The notes under the pieces were generated by a model that ran no database searches, was not told where the DNA came from, and worked only from the letters and a program-made list of their open reading frames with translations. This document shows positions 38,749 through 52,675 of a DNA stretch of 64,000 bases, piece after piece (within the stretch, counting starts at the first letter, position 1; each line of letters begins with the position of its first letter). The position numbers and the translations under genes were made by a program. The stretch lies in assembly GCF_009914755.1 (NCBI RefSeq), contig NC_060925.1; one strand, 5' to 3'. The stretch is from the human T2T-CHM13v2.0 reference genome, Homo sapiens.

Positions 38749-39609
38749 CCCAAAATGCACTTTTAACATGGTCTTTGTTATTGCATGTTTCTAATTTTGT
38801 TGCACCCTGGTGAGAGAATGTGATTTGTGTAACAGCAATTCTTGGGAAAGGGGCTGAGGCTTCCTGCTCCTTTAGCACAGCTAAATTTTCCCAAACGCCA
38901 TCCATGAGCTTGGAAAGAGCATTGTACTCTGTTGGGATGGGCTCAAATCTCTCTGTAAAAATGAGTGTTCTTCTGTTGTTGTTGTTCTGTTTTTTGTTTG
39001 TTTTGTTTTGTTTGTTTTTTGTCTCAGTCGTTTTGTTTGCTCAGATCTTTTGATGATCCAGATGATCTTTTAATTTATGCAGGATGTTTCTCTGCTTGTG
39101 CAGGCTGGTGGGATTGGGGACTGGAGAGAGGATAAGTGTCTGCTTGCCCAGGACTGGCAAACTGTCACTTGCCCTGGTTGTGCCTTGCCAGGAGCTCCCG
39201 TGCCTGTCTCTGAGAGTGTCATGAGCGCAGCGGTGGTAGTTGTGTGGTGGATGCATTTCCCCTGGGTTGGGGGGTGGGTGGCTGGTCCTAGCTCTGTTTG
39301 TTGTTGCCGATGAGACACAGCACACTTCTGCTTCCTGATGGATCTTGTCGGTCATTTGACTTCTTCCTGGTCTGGGCTCCTGAGCTGGCCCTCCGCAGGC
39401 CAAGCAGGAATGGAGCTGGCTGCTACAAGAGTTCCTTCACTAGAGGGCATCTCTCCTCTCTCCTCCCACACATGGGAACACAAGGGTGGGCTTTCCTCCG
39501 CCCACTGTGATCCGCAGCCCGGCTTTCCCCTCCTCACCCTCTGCTCTCAGACAGACTTGGTTTTCGCTGGTGTCTGTGAGAGGTGATTCTTCATGGTGCC
39601 AAGAATGTG

Positions 39610-40190
39610 GATTTTTTTGAGAGCAGGCACTCTCACAGATATTTGCACACCCATGTTCAAAGCAGCGTGATTCACAAGAGTCAAAAGGTAGAAGCATTCT
39701 GAGGGTCTATGGGTGAGTGGATGGGCAAGCGAAATGTGGTTATGCATACAGTAGACTGTTACTGAACCTTTACCAGGAAGGAGATTCTTTTTTTTCTTTC
39801 TTTTTGTGGAAAATGCAGTCTCGCTATATTGCCCAGGCAGGTCTCGAACTCCTGGGTTCAAGCTATCTTCCTACCTCTGCCTCCCTAACAGCTAGGATAA
39901 TAGGCGTGAGCCTATAATATCACCCAGCCAGGAGGGAAATTCTGAGAGGTGTGCCAACACACATGAACCTTGAGGACATTGTGCTAGATGGAATAAGCCA
40001 GCCACAAAAGGACAAATACATTGCGATTTCACTTACATGAGGGGCCCAGAATGGGCAAATTCAAATACAGAAAGAGCAATGGTTAACAAAAGGAGGGAGT
40101 TGGTGTTCAATGGGTCTGGTTTCCTTTTGGGAAGATGAAGACGTTCTGGAGATGGACGGTGGTAGGGGATATGGGACAATGTGAGTGCAC
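39610..40190 (+). mobile_element. L1MB-type 3' end interrupted by an antisense FLAM/Alu monomer (~39788-39930)
   Basis: atgaaccttgaggacattgtgctagatggaataagccagccacaaaaggacaaatac; ttctggagatggacggtggt. Confidence 0.8.
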
Positions 40191-41547
40191 TTAATGCCAG
40201 TTATAACACGGGGAGCGCGTGTGCACACGGCTCTGGGAGTTCTCGTGCAGCACTCAGAGCTCAGCGTGGGCGAGGGCGTCACCCCTCTGGGGGCGTCCAT
40301 GGGGCCTTGGAGAAGGGAGGCTTCAGGGCACCAGAGCAGTCTACCGGGAGAGGCCGGGCCGAGCGCTTGTTCACCCCCAGCCCTCTTAGGGAACTTTCAC
40401 ATGCTTCTCCCACTAGGCCTAGGCACCCCTCCCTACCCTCCCTACCCTCCTGGTTCCCTGACCCTCAGTGACTGTGTCCTTCAAGACTGAACTCCAGAGT
40501 CCCCACCCGAGGACCCGCAGTGCCCAGCCCCCGCGAGCTCGCGGGGTGTATGCCCACCCCGAGGCTCCACCGTGCCTGTGTGCTGGGAAGCCTGGCTCCA
40601 TGGGACCCTCGGGCTCTGGGCGCGCTGTCGCTGCAGCTGCCAGCAGCTCCTGAGGAAGTGGCTCGAGGCCCTGGGGCGGGCCAGGCGTGCGGTGGGCCCG
40701 CAGCCCTCACACCGGCCCCGGCCGCACACAGGAGGCACAATCAGCAGAGACGTTGGACAGGGTTGGACACTGGCTGTCTCTTTCGGGCCTCAGTTTTCAC
40801 GTCTGAAATAAAAGCGAGCATCCTGGCCCTGGCGCCATGCCTCTGCCGCGGTAGAGGTTTCCACCCCTATGAGCCCAGTGCGCCTTCCAGGCTCGAGGGA
40901 GAGGGAGTGTGCGTGCGTGTGAACGCGTCACACTCTTGTGTGAACGCGTCATACGCTTGTGAAAGACTGTGCATGTGCACACGCGTGTACGTGCATGTGA
41001 ACGCATCAGGGTGCCCGAGGATGCACACATGCACGTGTGAGTGTGCGCGAGTGCGTGCTCAGAGGACAGCTCTCAGCAGGCTGGGGACCTCCTTCCTCTC
41101 ACCCCTGAGGGTTTTGGGGGACCAGCCCCCGTCTCCGGGTGCTATGGGATGCCCTGGGGCGAGCTCCCACCGCTGTGCTCGGGCTCCGGCTTTGTGGGGA
41201 CCCGGCCTTCCCCGCCCGCACCACGGGGAGTTCCACGCAGCACCCACGAGGTGGCGCCGCAGACTCGCTATCGCGGAGCGTGGCGGCTCCCAGCAGCCTT
41301 GCCTACAGCTGTGGCCAGGGCGATCCCTCTCAGGCCCAGGCCGCTGCTGCCAGGAAGAGCAGGAACAATAGCCAGTCACGCCTGGTGATGCCCCTGAAGT
41401 GCTTATGCTCCCAGGCATGGGCTGTCCACAACGTGCATTCTCTCCTTTTATGCCCCTACTATTTGGAACGCTGTATTTTTTCATTTTTATTTTTATTTTT
41501 TGTTGTAAATCTGCCACTTAAAAATACCCAGGGTGGAGCTAAAAGTA

Positions 41548-41884
41548 CAGACACTGCTCAACTTACCCCTGGCTGCGGCCCAATAAGGCCGCTGCGAGTG
41601 GAAAATGACTGAGTCCACCTGACTACCGAATAGCACAGCGTGGGGGGGCCCACCTTGGCCTGCTGAGAACACTGCCCTGAGCCTGCGGTGGGCAGAAGCA
41701 TCAACACGAAGCCTGTTTTGTAGTCAAGTGTCGGATACCTCATGTAATCATTGACTGCTGTACTGAAAGTGAAAAACTGGCCATGTGGGACTCACACGAG
41801 GGTTTCTGCTGACTGTGGATGGCTTTTGCATCACTATAAAGTTGAAAACTGTTAAGTGGAACTGCGGTAAGTCGGGGCTGTGTG
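41548..41884 (+). mobile_element. MER47A/Tigger5-type DNA transposon relic
   Basis: ctgtactgaaagtgaaaaac...taaagttgaaaa...gtaagtcgggg matches the recalled MER47A consensus. Confidence 0.7.
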
Positions 41885-41984
41885 CGCTAGAGACCTGAGT
41901 TCTGCCGCTCCATAGCTGTGTGACTTTGGACACATATTTGAGCCTGAGTGTCTTCTACACAAAATGGATTTCTTAGCATAACCT

Positions 41985-42128
41985 ACACATGTGTACGTGC
42001 CCGTGAGCGTGCACGTGTGTGTTTGCATGAACACATCTGTGTATGTCTGTGTAAGTCCATATGTACATTTGTGTGCATGTCTGTGTGTGCATATGTTTGT
42101 ATGTGTGTGTGCTATGCATGTGTGTGTG
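41985..42128. repeat. Degenerate (TG)n-rich tract
   Basis: Read directly; similar tracts at 40905-41058 and 43962-44080 (CA-rich). Confidence 0.85.
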
Positions 42129-42932
42129 AAGGCCCTGGGGTGGAGCTGAGGAGTTGAGGGGAGATGCTGGGAGGGCAGCCAGCACCAGGCGTTTGTTGGC
42201 CAGGAGAGAAGCTGCCATCCAGGTGCACTCTGGAGCTCGTGCTTCAGTGGCACAAGGCTTTGGGAGTGAGGAAGCTGGGGGCTGGGGCAGGGCAGTCCTG
42301 CACCTCAGGGGAGGTGCAGAGTGAGGCCAGGAGGATGGAAAGAGTGCCAGAGAATGGGGGAAATCTGAGGCATCAGGAAAGGAAGACACAGGCCATGGAG
42401 AGGGCAGCTGGGCCCTGGGTGAGGCCGGCCCTCAGGAAGGAGGTGCCACAGGCAGGGGAGTGCCCAGATGGAGAGCCCAGGGGTATGGACCCACGGGTGT
42501 ATGACAGTGGGGGTACTCCTGAAACAGAGCAGTGTTATCCAACAAGCAGGGTTGGGACAACTAGTTATTTCATTTAAAAAAACAGGTCAATGTCAGTCCT
42601 CATACTGTGCTTTAAAATAAGCTCCAGATGGACTCATGTTTTACATGTAAAGAAAAGAAGGCAAAAAGAAAATAAAGAAAAGGCTTGTAAGCAGGTAGTT
42701 AATTGGAGGCAATCCCAGGATGCAGGAGAGAGGGGATGGAGCCACAGCAGGTCTGGGGAAGGGAGAGAAGCCGGCCCCGAGACCGCAGCCCGAGGACCCA
42801 TTCAGGCCAGCAGTGCCTTCTGTGCACTTCCACAAGGTCACACGTTCTTCCAAAGTTGCCATCATGGAGAGATAGGCTTCCATGTAGTCTTGACTCCACT
42901 GGATTTCAGTCCTTAGGTGACTTTTCCTGTGA

Positions 42933-43661
<729 letters not shown>

Positions 43662-46600
43662 CCCCTTCAAATCTTAACAGAGAAGCCACCAAAGTCTCCT
43701 TGGGTCCATCACATGGATGGGCCTCCTGGGCCCCTCAGACCCTGGGCTTCCCTTGAGGTCCTGGAGCTATGTGGGCTCCAGCTCTGGGAAGGTGGACCCC
43801 CATGCATGTGTCCTGCCGTCACTGTCTCTATGGAGTCTGGCTCACACTAAGTGAGCCATAAGGCCTTCTTCAAGGTCATCTGTCCCACTGATTTCAGACT
43901 CAGGGCGGAGTGTGAAATCATCTGTCCCCCACAGTGCACTCAGAACCCTGTCTGGACTAGGGCACACACACATGCATGCGCATATGAACACACATATGCA
44001 TATGCACGCACACATGCAAGGCTGCAAGTCTCATGCACACACACATGCACACACATGCACATGCATGCTCACATGCACAGGCACTCAGGCACCTAGAGCC
44101 TTCTCATCCTGCACTTTGAGTCCCCCCTCCCCTTGCCCATCCTTGCCCATCCTTCAAGGCCTCAGTCAAAAGCCATCTTTTACAAATTGTCTCTGGTTGA
44201 CTTTCCTTTTTTTCCCTCTTAGAAGAAGCGATGCTGTCCTCAGTCATCAAGCGTTCACTAGACGCTTGGTGTGTGCCAGGCCCCGATGTGGGTCTTGGGC
44301 ATGTTCCAGTTCTCACGTCCTCAGGGCTCCTTGGTGAGTCGAGGGTGAGGAGGACACAGAGGCACAGGAGGCCATGGGGCAGGTCTGGGTGCACTCAGGC
44401 TCCAGAGCTCAGCCCTCCCTGCTGAGTCAGGGCGAGCAGGATAGACGCCTGCTCCTGGAACTCAGTGGGTGAGGTGGACACGCATGCAGGGAGGTACCAG
44501 CCTCAGGGGCTGTGGAACAGAGAAAGGGAGCTTCCAGGACATCAAACAATTCCTGGAGTGCCAGGGCAAGAGGGGAATCTGGGTGGAGGAAAGTGTGAAC
44601 AGGGCAGAGGTTGGAGGTGGTTGTGGCCCCCGAGCATGTCGGAGGCGACTGAGCTGCTCCTTGACTTTGGGCATCTTTGTTCGTCTCTGCATTTGCACAT
44701 TTGTTGAACAAACCTACTGAGACACTTGTTTTCTTTCCATGGTCCATACATTAGGAATATAGAGTTAGCTTCCTGGGGAACATTTTAAGACGTATTCTTA
44801 GAGAAGAAACCAGGAAGGCATCCTTGTGGGACGTTGGTCCAGGATCTTGGGTGTGTCCTTTGGTCTTTTGTGGGTCAGGTTAGCAGGAATTGTGTCCTGA
44901 GGTGTTGGAACTGCAAAGTGCAGGTTCCCTCCTGCCCGCACTGATGCCTTCAGGGAATGGCCTGTCCGCTTTTCTAAGAAGAACACTTAACTCAGCCTTG
45001 GCTGACTTCAGCTACCTGTGCTTTCTCCAGCCAGGCTCTGTGTTTTGTGCTTTTACTCTCAAAACAACCCTATTATTATCCGTGTCCCACAGATGAGGAT
45101 GCTGAGCCCCTGAGAGGCTCAGTAGGTGCCTGAAGGCATTCCAGCCAAGAGGTGGCAGAGCCAGGGCCAGCCTGGCCTGAGGACTCTGAAGCTCCCACAG
45201 GCACAGCTCCTTCATGCCAGCTCTGTGTCAGGATTTTCTGTGGTCATCACAGCCATCTTCCTGGTCGGCTAAGTTACAGACAGGGTGGAACTAGGATGGC
45301 CAAGCTGGAAGCAGAGCTCATTCCTGAGCAGGGCACCCGGGCCCTGCCTACGGTGCTGGGCAGGCTTCTGGTGTGGAGGGTGGGCTCAGATCCTGCTGTC
45401 CCTGTGGCTGTGGGAGGCTTTTCTAGGCACCCTCCTGACTGCTAACACCAGGAGGGCCTATGATATGGGACCGCTGCCCCATGACGTGTGCCAGGTTTCT
45501 GCACGCGACTGCTGGGAAAGGCTGGCCCTGGGCTGGGTGGACCCGCACTGCCTGCTGGCCCCTGCACCCAGATGGTGCAGCCCACACCCCTCTGATGTCC
45601 ACCCATGCTCGGCTCTGGGACTTCCCTCCTTCCACCGTGTCTGACCCTGGTTGCCCTTGTTCTGCCACTGGCTTGTAGCAGCCCTTCCTGAAGCCACGTC
45701 CTCCAGGGAGATTTGATTATGTCCTGGTGTTGCAACCTCGCTAATGCAATCAGGAAGTTTTCTCAAGACTTCAGCTGCTTTGTTGGCAGCCAGGCCTGAC
45801 TCTCAGCAGCTCTGCAGGCTGGAAGGGCCCAAGAGACCCCTCACCCACCTGGTGTCTCCAGCAGTGGGGAGGGCTCCGGGGCATAGCCTATTGCTGCTCT
45901 GCTCTCCTCCTTTCTTTGGGTAAGCTCCTTTGCTCTGATTTTATCTGGAATCATCGAGAGCCTCTATCTGTCTAGAAAAAGCACTTAGCAATGAGGAATC
46001 AGCACTGCGGAGAGTACTCCAGAAAGCAGCCATTTTCCATCAAGATTAGGCTCTTAATTGAAAATTTTAAGAGGAGAGGAAATTAGGGGAGAATCCAGAT
46101 ATTCTCTCCATTATGGTAATTGGCTGTAATCAGAGCCCAAGAGCTGTGTTCAATCCTGGGGGTTCTTCCAGGATTACCAGAGCTGTCATAGTCACCTTCA
46201 CTGACCTGCACTGGAGTCAGTGGGAGGGGCTGGCGGGGTCCGGGGCTGCTCTGGCAAGTGGATCCAGGAGGGCTGGGCTGGATCCAGGGGGCTGAGTTCA
46301 GAGGGGACTCTGCTTAGCAAGTGTGAAACACACGACAGGGCCTTCCAGGCAGAGGGAAGATTGAGAACTGCGGCCGAGCGAGTGCGTCCAGGGGCCCGAG
46401 TTTAGTTGAGGGCCTAAGTTTTCCCAGCAGGGCAAGGTTGAGGGTGAGGATGCTGCAGGCCAGTTTTGTATGGCCTCAGAATGAGGACAAGAAGGGGGAG
46501 ATGGGCCACAGGGATGAGGGTGCCTGCTCCCTGCAGCAGTGTGCACACCACGGCTGTGCAGAGGCAGCAGGTGGCAGGTATTGGGAAGAAGCCCTTCCCT

Positions 46601-47589
46601 TGTGTGTCCTAGGGGCTGGGCACAGCCTGATGGGCCCCCTTTGCTCACAGTTGCAGAAGCCCATCCATGTAGGGTCCTGCTGAACTGGCTTCCATGGGGC
46701 TGGGAAGGACTGGCCTGGCCTCTTTGCTCACTTCACCTTATGGGCAGTGTCCTGCAGGTTTCTGTGAGCAGAGCAGACAGAAAGGAGATGCCCAGTGACG
46801 TCAGCTGTCCCCCACAGAGCTTCCTGGAGCCTGGGCTCCAGGCTGAGGGTCCTTGGACAGACGTCATCTCCCTGGCTTCAGCAGAATCACCCACAAACCC
46901 ACCCTGTGCCCACCCTCCCATCACAGAGAGCAGCTGCTGGAGAAGGCAGCATGAGACTTTGAAGACCTCGAGGAGCAGGAGACACAGGAGACAATGGCCA
47001 GGATGGTCATGGTGGCGCGGCTATGCCATCACTGATTTCTGCCTACCTGCCCCCTAAGTCTCACTTGCTACTACTCTCAATTTCCTACTTAATGCTTCGG
47101 AGAGCACCAGTCCTGAGATGAGAGGCGGGATGTTCACTCTCTGGGAGTTGAGATGGAACCCAGGCAGTTAGAAAAAAGTGCCACAGCCACGTGCCGAGCC
47201 TACTACTTGTCAGGAGCTCAGTGAGTCATCCAATTCCTAAAACAACTGTGCTGCATGTGCTCCACCGCTCCTGGGCGACTCGGGGAAATGGGCTGCGGGA
47301 GGCTTAGTGACCTGCCCTGGGTGACACGGATGGCATGGATGCCCTGTCCATGCACGGGGCTGTGCTAGGAGAGGACAGGATCATCCCCAGAAGCTGGTCC
47401 TGTGTCCACTGCTCACGGTGGCAGCTGCTTGGGCTGACAACGCCCCCCACCTCCTGATCAGATAGTGATATACTTGGTCCAAACTTCGAAAGTAAAAAAG
47501 TTAAAACAGAAAAATAGTCTCCTGGTCATTCATGCTCTCTGGTTCCCTTTTCATTAGTATCTCTTTCTCCTTCTATTTATGGATCTAGT

Positions 47590-48161
47590 TATTTAAAGCA
47601 CAGATGGTGACATTCTGTACATATTCTGCATTTTGCTTTTTAAGTCTATTTTATTATGACGTACAATACATATAGAAAAGTGGAAAAAACTGAAATGAAT
47701 GAATTTTCATGAAGTGAGCATTGGTGTAAACTGAGCCAGTACATTGGGAACCCCCTTCATTCTCCCTCCCAGTTACTGCACCATCCCTCCTGCCACAGGT
47801 AAATACTGCCCTGACCTTCATGGTAACTACTTGCTTTGCTTCCATTAGATATTCTATTTTTGTTTCAGCTGTGCTTTTGAACTTTATAGAAATGGATTCA
47901 TACAGGGTGTATTCCTTCACATTGAGCTGGCTGTGTGCAGCATTGTGTGCAGTTGTTTCATATTGTAGCCGGGAACAGTGACTCATCTTCATTGCTCTTT
48001 AGCATTCCATTGTTTAATTGAATCCCAGTTTTCTTTTCCACTGTTGGTTGTGTTTAGATTTTTTTCAGTTTGGGGTTACTATGAAGGATGCTATAAAGAG
48101 CATTCTTGTACATGGCTCTTGTAGCACAGTGAACACATTTCTGTTGGGTGTAGAGATGTAC

Positions 48162-48208
<47 letters not shown>

Positions 48209-48290
48209 CACCCCAAGGGGTAAAATTGTTGGATGTACATACCTTTGACTTCAGTAAATCATGCCAAACTGCTTTCCAAAGTGGTTGTTC
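47590..48290 (-). mobile_element. Old L1M 3' end with a (TG)n(TA)n microsatellite at 48166-48209
   Basis: tgaactttatagaaatggattcatacag; gccaaactgctttccaaagtggttg. Confidence 0.75.
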
Positions 48291-48688
48291 ATCTTTTTTT
48301 CCTTTTGTTTTTCAGTGGATCCTTATAGTTTGGGATTCTTCCTTAATGGTACATATAGATGTGTCTCATTTTTTTAAACAGTTGCATAGTTTTCACAGCA
48401 TGGACATAACATGATTTATTTAACCTGTCTTCTGTTGTTGGACTTCGTTATATTTATACTCAAACAATGCCACAATGAATAACCTTCTTCATAAGTTAAT
48501 TAAATACTCGATGAAAAATACAGGTTTTTTTTCAGTTTATAAAAGTAATACTTGCTCACTGAGGAAAAAAAATCTGTAAATTACAGAAAAACACAAAGGA
48601 AATATATCCTCTGATCCAACCAGAAAGAAAACTACTTTTCCTATGTTGTGCGTAGCTCTCTAGTTTTTTCTTTCTTTATATCAATTGG

Positions 48689-49001
48689 ATTTTTTTTTTT
48701 TTTTTTTTTTTTTTTGGAGACAGGGTCTCACTGTGTCACCCAGGCCGGAGTGCAGTGGCATGATCACAGCTCACTGAAGCCTCGACTTCCCAGGCTTAAG
48801 TGATCCTCCTACCTCACTCAGCCTCCCGAGTAGTTGGGACCACAGGCATGTGCCACCACATCTGGCTATTTTTAATATTTTTTGTATAGATGGGGTTTCG
48901 CCATGCTGCTCAGGCAGGTCCCAAACTCCTGGCCTCAAGCCATCTGCTTGTGTTGGCCTCCCAAAGTGCTGGATTACAGGCATGCACCACCACCCCCGGC
49001 C
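48689..49001 (-). mobile_element. AluJ
   Basis: Antisense dimer with poly(T); imperfect TSD aattg(g/a)attttt. Confidence 0.92.
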
Positions 49002-50096
49002 TAATTGAATTTTTATTTTGGAAGAACCATATACCTTTATACATATTCTTTCTATGACTTATTTTCTGTAGTTGAAGTTCAAGGGTGTTTGACAGTGTGA
49101 TGTGGTTATTGTTAACCTGTATGTGGGGGCATACAGATATGTTTTTTTACTTTTTCCCATAAGGCTAAGATCATCTCCAGAAATATTAATTTTTTAGACA
49201 GTGTGATTATAGTTATTTAATACTCATACTTATCAAAATATTATATGTTAAAACCAATAACCATCTGAACTTATTTGAATATAGTTTTTCCTATTCTGTT
49301 CTTAGAAATTTCAGTCACTAACAATCTTTACACTTAGAAAGTGTTTTAATTTTACTTTGATGACAGGAATAGTGTTCTTCTCAATGAAATATAGAATAGC
49401 AGCTTATAAGTGATAACTGTTTTCATTCTGTTTTTAAGAGAAAATACTTTGGTCTTTTTTACCATGATAGTTTAGTGTGTGATGTCATAAAAATGGGCTG
49501 TAGCCATTTAAATTCTTGTTCAAGTGCAGAAACTAAGAGACTGCAGTTTCTATTAAGCCATGTCAACTCCTATTAGGAGACCTTTAGTGGTTCCAGTTCC
49601 AGGGCCTTCTTGAAGAAATTGTGATACTTGTGTAAGTATATCTAGAGTTTTCTTTCCAGCATTGGCTAAGTCACATAGCTGAGAAATATGATACATGGAG
49701 AAGGTTGCTGACTGGATGAACTTTTCTACATTGAATACTTTAAATCTGGATTCTAGAATAAAATATATTGATGCATATTTGAGTTGTCAACTGTTTATGT
49801 CTTGTTCTTTTCAGCTTCAACATTGCTTTATGGCATGTGTGGTCGTTTTTCACTCCATTGTTGTTGTTTACCCAGTTTATGGGGGTTGTAATGTTTATCA
49901 CACTCCTTGGATGATTTCCGAAGGTAAGATATCTGGAATGGTTTTTCTAAAAATGAACTCATTTGAAAAATGTCTTTTATGACAATTTTCAGTGGATGGA
50001 GCTGTAACAGACTATTTGTGAATTATTTTCAGTCATGTTTACACCAGAGTTGTCCACACTAGAATTATCCATTCGTTGAACTCTGAGATAGACTCC

Positions 50097-50308
50097 TTTT
50101 TTTTGAGACAGTGTCTCACTCTGTTGTCCAGGCTGGAGTACAGTGGCATGATCACCGCTCACTGCAGCCTTGACCACCTGGGGGCTCAAGCGATCCTCCC
50201 ACCTTAGCTTCCCAAGGAGCTGGTATTACAAACATGTGCTACCACGCTTGGCTAATTTTTAAAATTTTTTTTGTAGAAACAGAGTCTCCTTATTTTGCCC
50301 AGGCTGGC
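50097..50308 (-). mobile_element. AluJ (truncated), intronic
   Basis: Antisense Alu right arm plus part of the left arm. Confidence 0.85.
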
Positions 50309-51469
50309 AGGGGTTGGGGGCTGAGACTCTTTCTTTTGTAAAAGTTGGTTCTAAGTGACTACTTTTTAGAGAAGGTACCCTGCCTTTCAAAGACCTCATA
50401 AAGACAGGATTTGTACCTTCCAATATAGTTAAATTCACACATTAGACCATTTTATGTTGAAATTATATTAATTTGTGTCAGCTTATATTCAATGACTGTT
50501 GGCTAGATCATTCTTAAGAAATGGGAATACAGGAAGAATGGACAATTTTACCCAACTGGGAAAAAAAATTCTACCATCTTCTAATTATTCTGACTTCCTC
50601 ATAAAAATGTGTTGGATGACACAATCAGCTTTTGTTTGGTGTTATTTATAGAATTTCTGCCTCCCTACAGATCACCCCATCCTGAGATCTGCTGCCTTAC
50701 ACAGTGGAGGCTGTTTTCTGAGTGTCGGATAACTCTGTTATTAAATAAGTGCATATTGAGAATACTCACTCCAGATGCTTAGAGGCATGTTGAGAAGGAC
50801 AAAGATAGTGCCTCCTGTCAGGTCACTTACATCAGAACTTGCAGGAAACCTGCTTTATACAGCAGTTGACAGGTGTGGAAATTGAAGCTCATGGAAATGA
50901 AAGTTAATACGCTAAATTTTCAAGGAGTTAATGAAAACTGACATTTCTGCTAAAAACAGCATGTTCTCCCTGTGGGATTTTAAAGGAAGGTCAATGGTAA
51001 CTGTACAAAGAAGAAATGGACACAGTCTCATTGTTAGCAGTCTGAAAATAGTTGCTAGCACCTCCATGCCCACGCCAATGTCTCCAGCCTCTTTCAGGCA
51101 CCTTGCTGTGTCTTGGAACCACTGGGAGCCCTCACAGGAGGCCCTTCGTTCCTGTATGCATGTGGTGCCACAAGCTGCTTTGGGCCCGGAGGAATCCTAC
51201 ACATCTCAGAACACTTCCTCACCTGACCCTGTCACCCATCTCTCCCCTTCTCATGTGCTCAGCCCCTTCTTTGACTCTTGAATTTTGAGTTTTTACAGAT
51301 GTTTGGGAGCTCTTACCCTGACATGAATTTACAATTGTAATGGAGACTCAGACAACGTTGTAGATCACAGAGTGAACTATGCTTTTTAGTGTTAAATGCA
51401 ATAGCTTAAGATAGAATGTTTTACTTGTTACATAAATGCTGGTTTTCTTTCAGATTTAAGGATATATAC

Positions 51470-51600
51470 TTTTTTTTTTTTTAAGAGATAGGGTCTTCTA
51501 TGTTGCCCAGGCTGGCTTTGAACTCCTGGGATCAAGTGATCCTCCTGCCTCAGCCTTCAAAGTAGTTGGGACTACAGGCCCACGCCACCGTGCATGGCTG
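51470..51600 (-). mobile_element. FLAM/Alu monomer, exonised as the start of the TMEM128 terminal exon
   Basis: poly(T)-aag|agatagggtcttctatgttgcccaggctgg. Confidence 0.8.
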
Positions 51601-52180
51601 GACACGTAAATTTGAAGTGAATGGTTAAACATCCAGCTAGCTGAAAGCATGACAGACCCTAACAGAAAAGCTACAGTGTGTTTTTGCAGCTATGAAGTGA
51701 ATGGTTTCCTGGGGAAAATTGTGACTTTGTATAACTATTTTTGAAACCAGAATAAATTATATTTCACTTGCATATTCTTAAATTATTAAAATTTTCAGAA
51801 GTCAGTGATACAGAAATACTATTTTGCAATGTTAATCTGTTTGAGTCTTTGGAGAAAGTGGTTTCATTATAGGTACATGATGCACTCTTAATATTTTAAA
51901 CAAATAGTTCACTCTTCCATTTAAGGGATAGCAGTTCCTTGTATAAAATGACTGGATATGTATAAAGGAATTACGTTGTCATGTGCCTTTAACCAGCTTT
52001 AGTAATTACTATAATCTCATATTTATGATCGTTTTGTTAGGTGACAGGACCAAATGAAAATATTTTATGTTTTCCCGTCACTTTAGATTTTATCATTGTG
52101 TAAATTACTGGGTTTTTAGCATTTCCTAATGTGAAGTTTTAATCATTTTTAAGTATACATATTTTTTTCTGTACCATTTA

Positions 52181-52186
52181 AATAAA
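52181..52186 (+). terminator. Polyadenylation signal AATAAA (TMEM128-derived)
   Basis: AATAAA followed by a T/GT-rich downstream tract (ttcttgtgagttttgtt). Confidence 0.7.
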
Positions 52187-52509
52187 ATATTTTTATAACT
52201 TTCTTGTGAGTTTTGTTCATGCAAACTTTGGAATGACTTCTGGTTTTTAGCTATTAGCACTTTGAATTAACCATAGAAATAACAAGGGCTAACTCTGTTC
52301 TTCAAAGACTTTATAAAGACAGTATTTGCACTTTCAAATGCAAATATATCTACATTAAATCTAAACAGCATAAGCATTGTGACAGAATGTACCTCATGTT
52401 GATTGTTTTCTCTGTAAGGTGACTTCTAGTAATGATTTGACTTAATCACCACTTGTGTCTGGTTCAGATCATACCCTGCCATTTACTAGCTGCAAGACCT
52501 TCAGTAGTA

Positions 52510-52675
52510 CAGGTTTAGTATCCCTAATTTCAAAATCTGAAACTTTTTGATTGCTGATATGGCACTCAAAGGAAATGCTCATTGGAGCATTTCGGGTTTT
52601 GGAATACAATGCAAGTATTCCAAAATCCAAAACACTTCTGGTCCCAAGCATTTCAGAGAAGGGGTAGTCAGCCTG
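52510..52675 (+). mobile_element. Tigger4/MER46 (Zombi) MITE inserted in a MIR
   Basis: TA-flanked imperfect TIRs CAGGTTTAGTATCCCT / AGGGGTAGTCAGCCTG; MIR sequence on both sides (52450-52800). Confidence 0.8.

Larger units (their letters stand above)
49815..52200 (+). pseudogene. TMEM128: TMEM128 unprocessed partial copy: last coding exon 49815-49923 and terminal 3'UTR exon ~51486-52200
   Basis: After a ttttcag acceptor, 49816-49914 reads [32 protein letters not shown], the recalled TMEM128 C-terminus. Donor AAG|GTAAGA at 49924; next acceptor tttaag at 51485; AATAAA at 52181. Upstream TMEM128 exons not found. Confidence 0.9.

Noticed and set aside
40520-41371. 283-aa GC-rich ORF (also the 348-aa ORF at 59547-60593)
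   Set aside because: No recognisable homology; overlapping ORFs in several frames are expected in GC-rich DNA.
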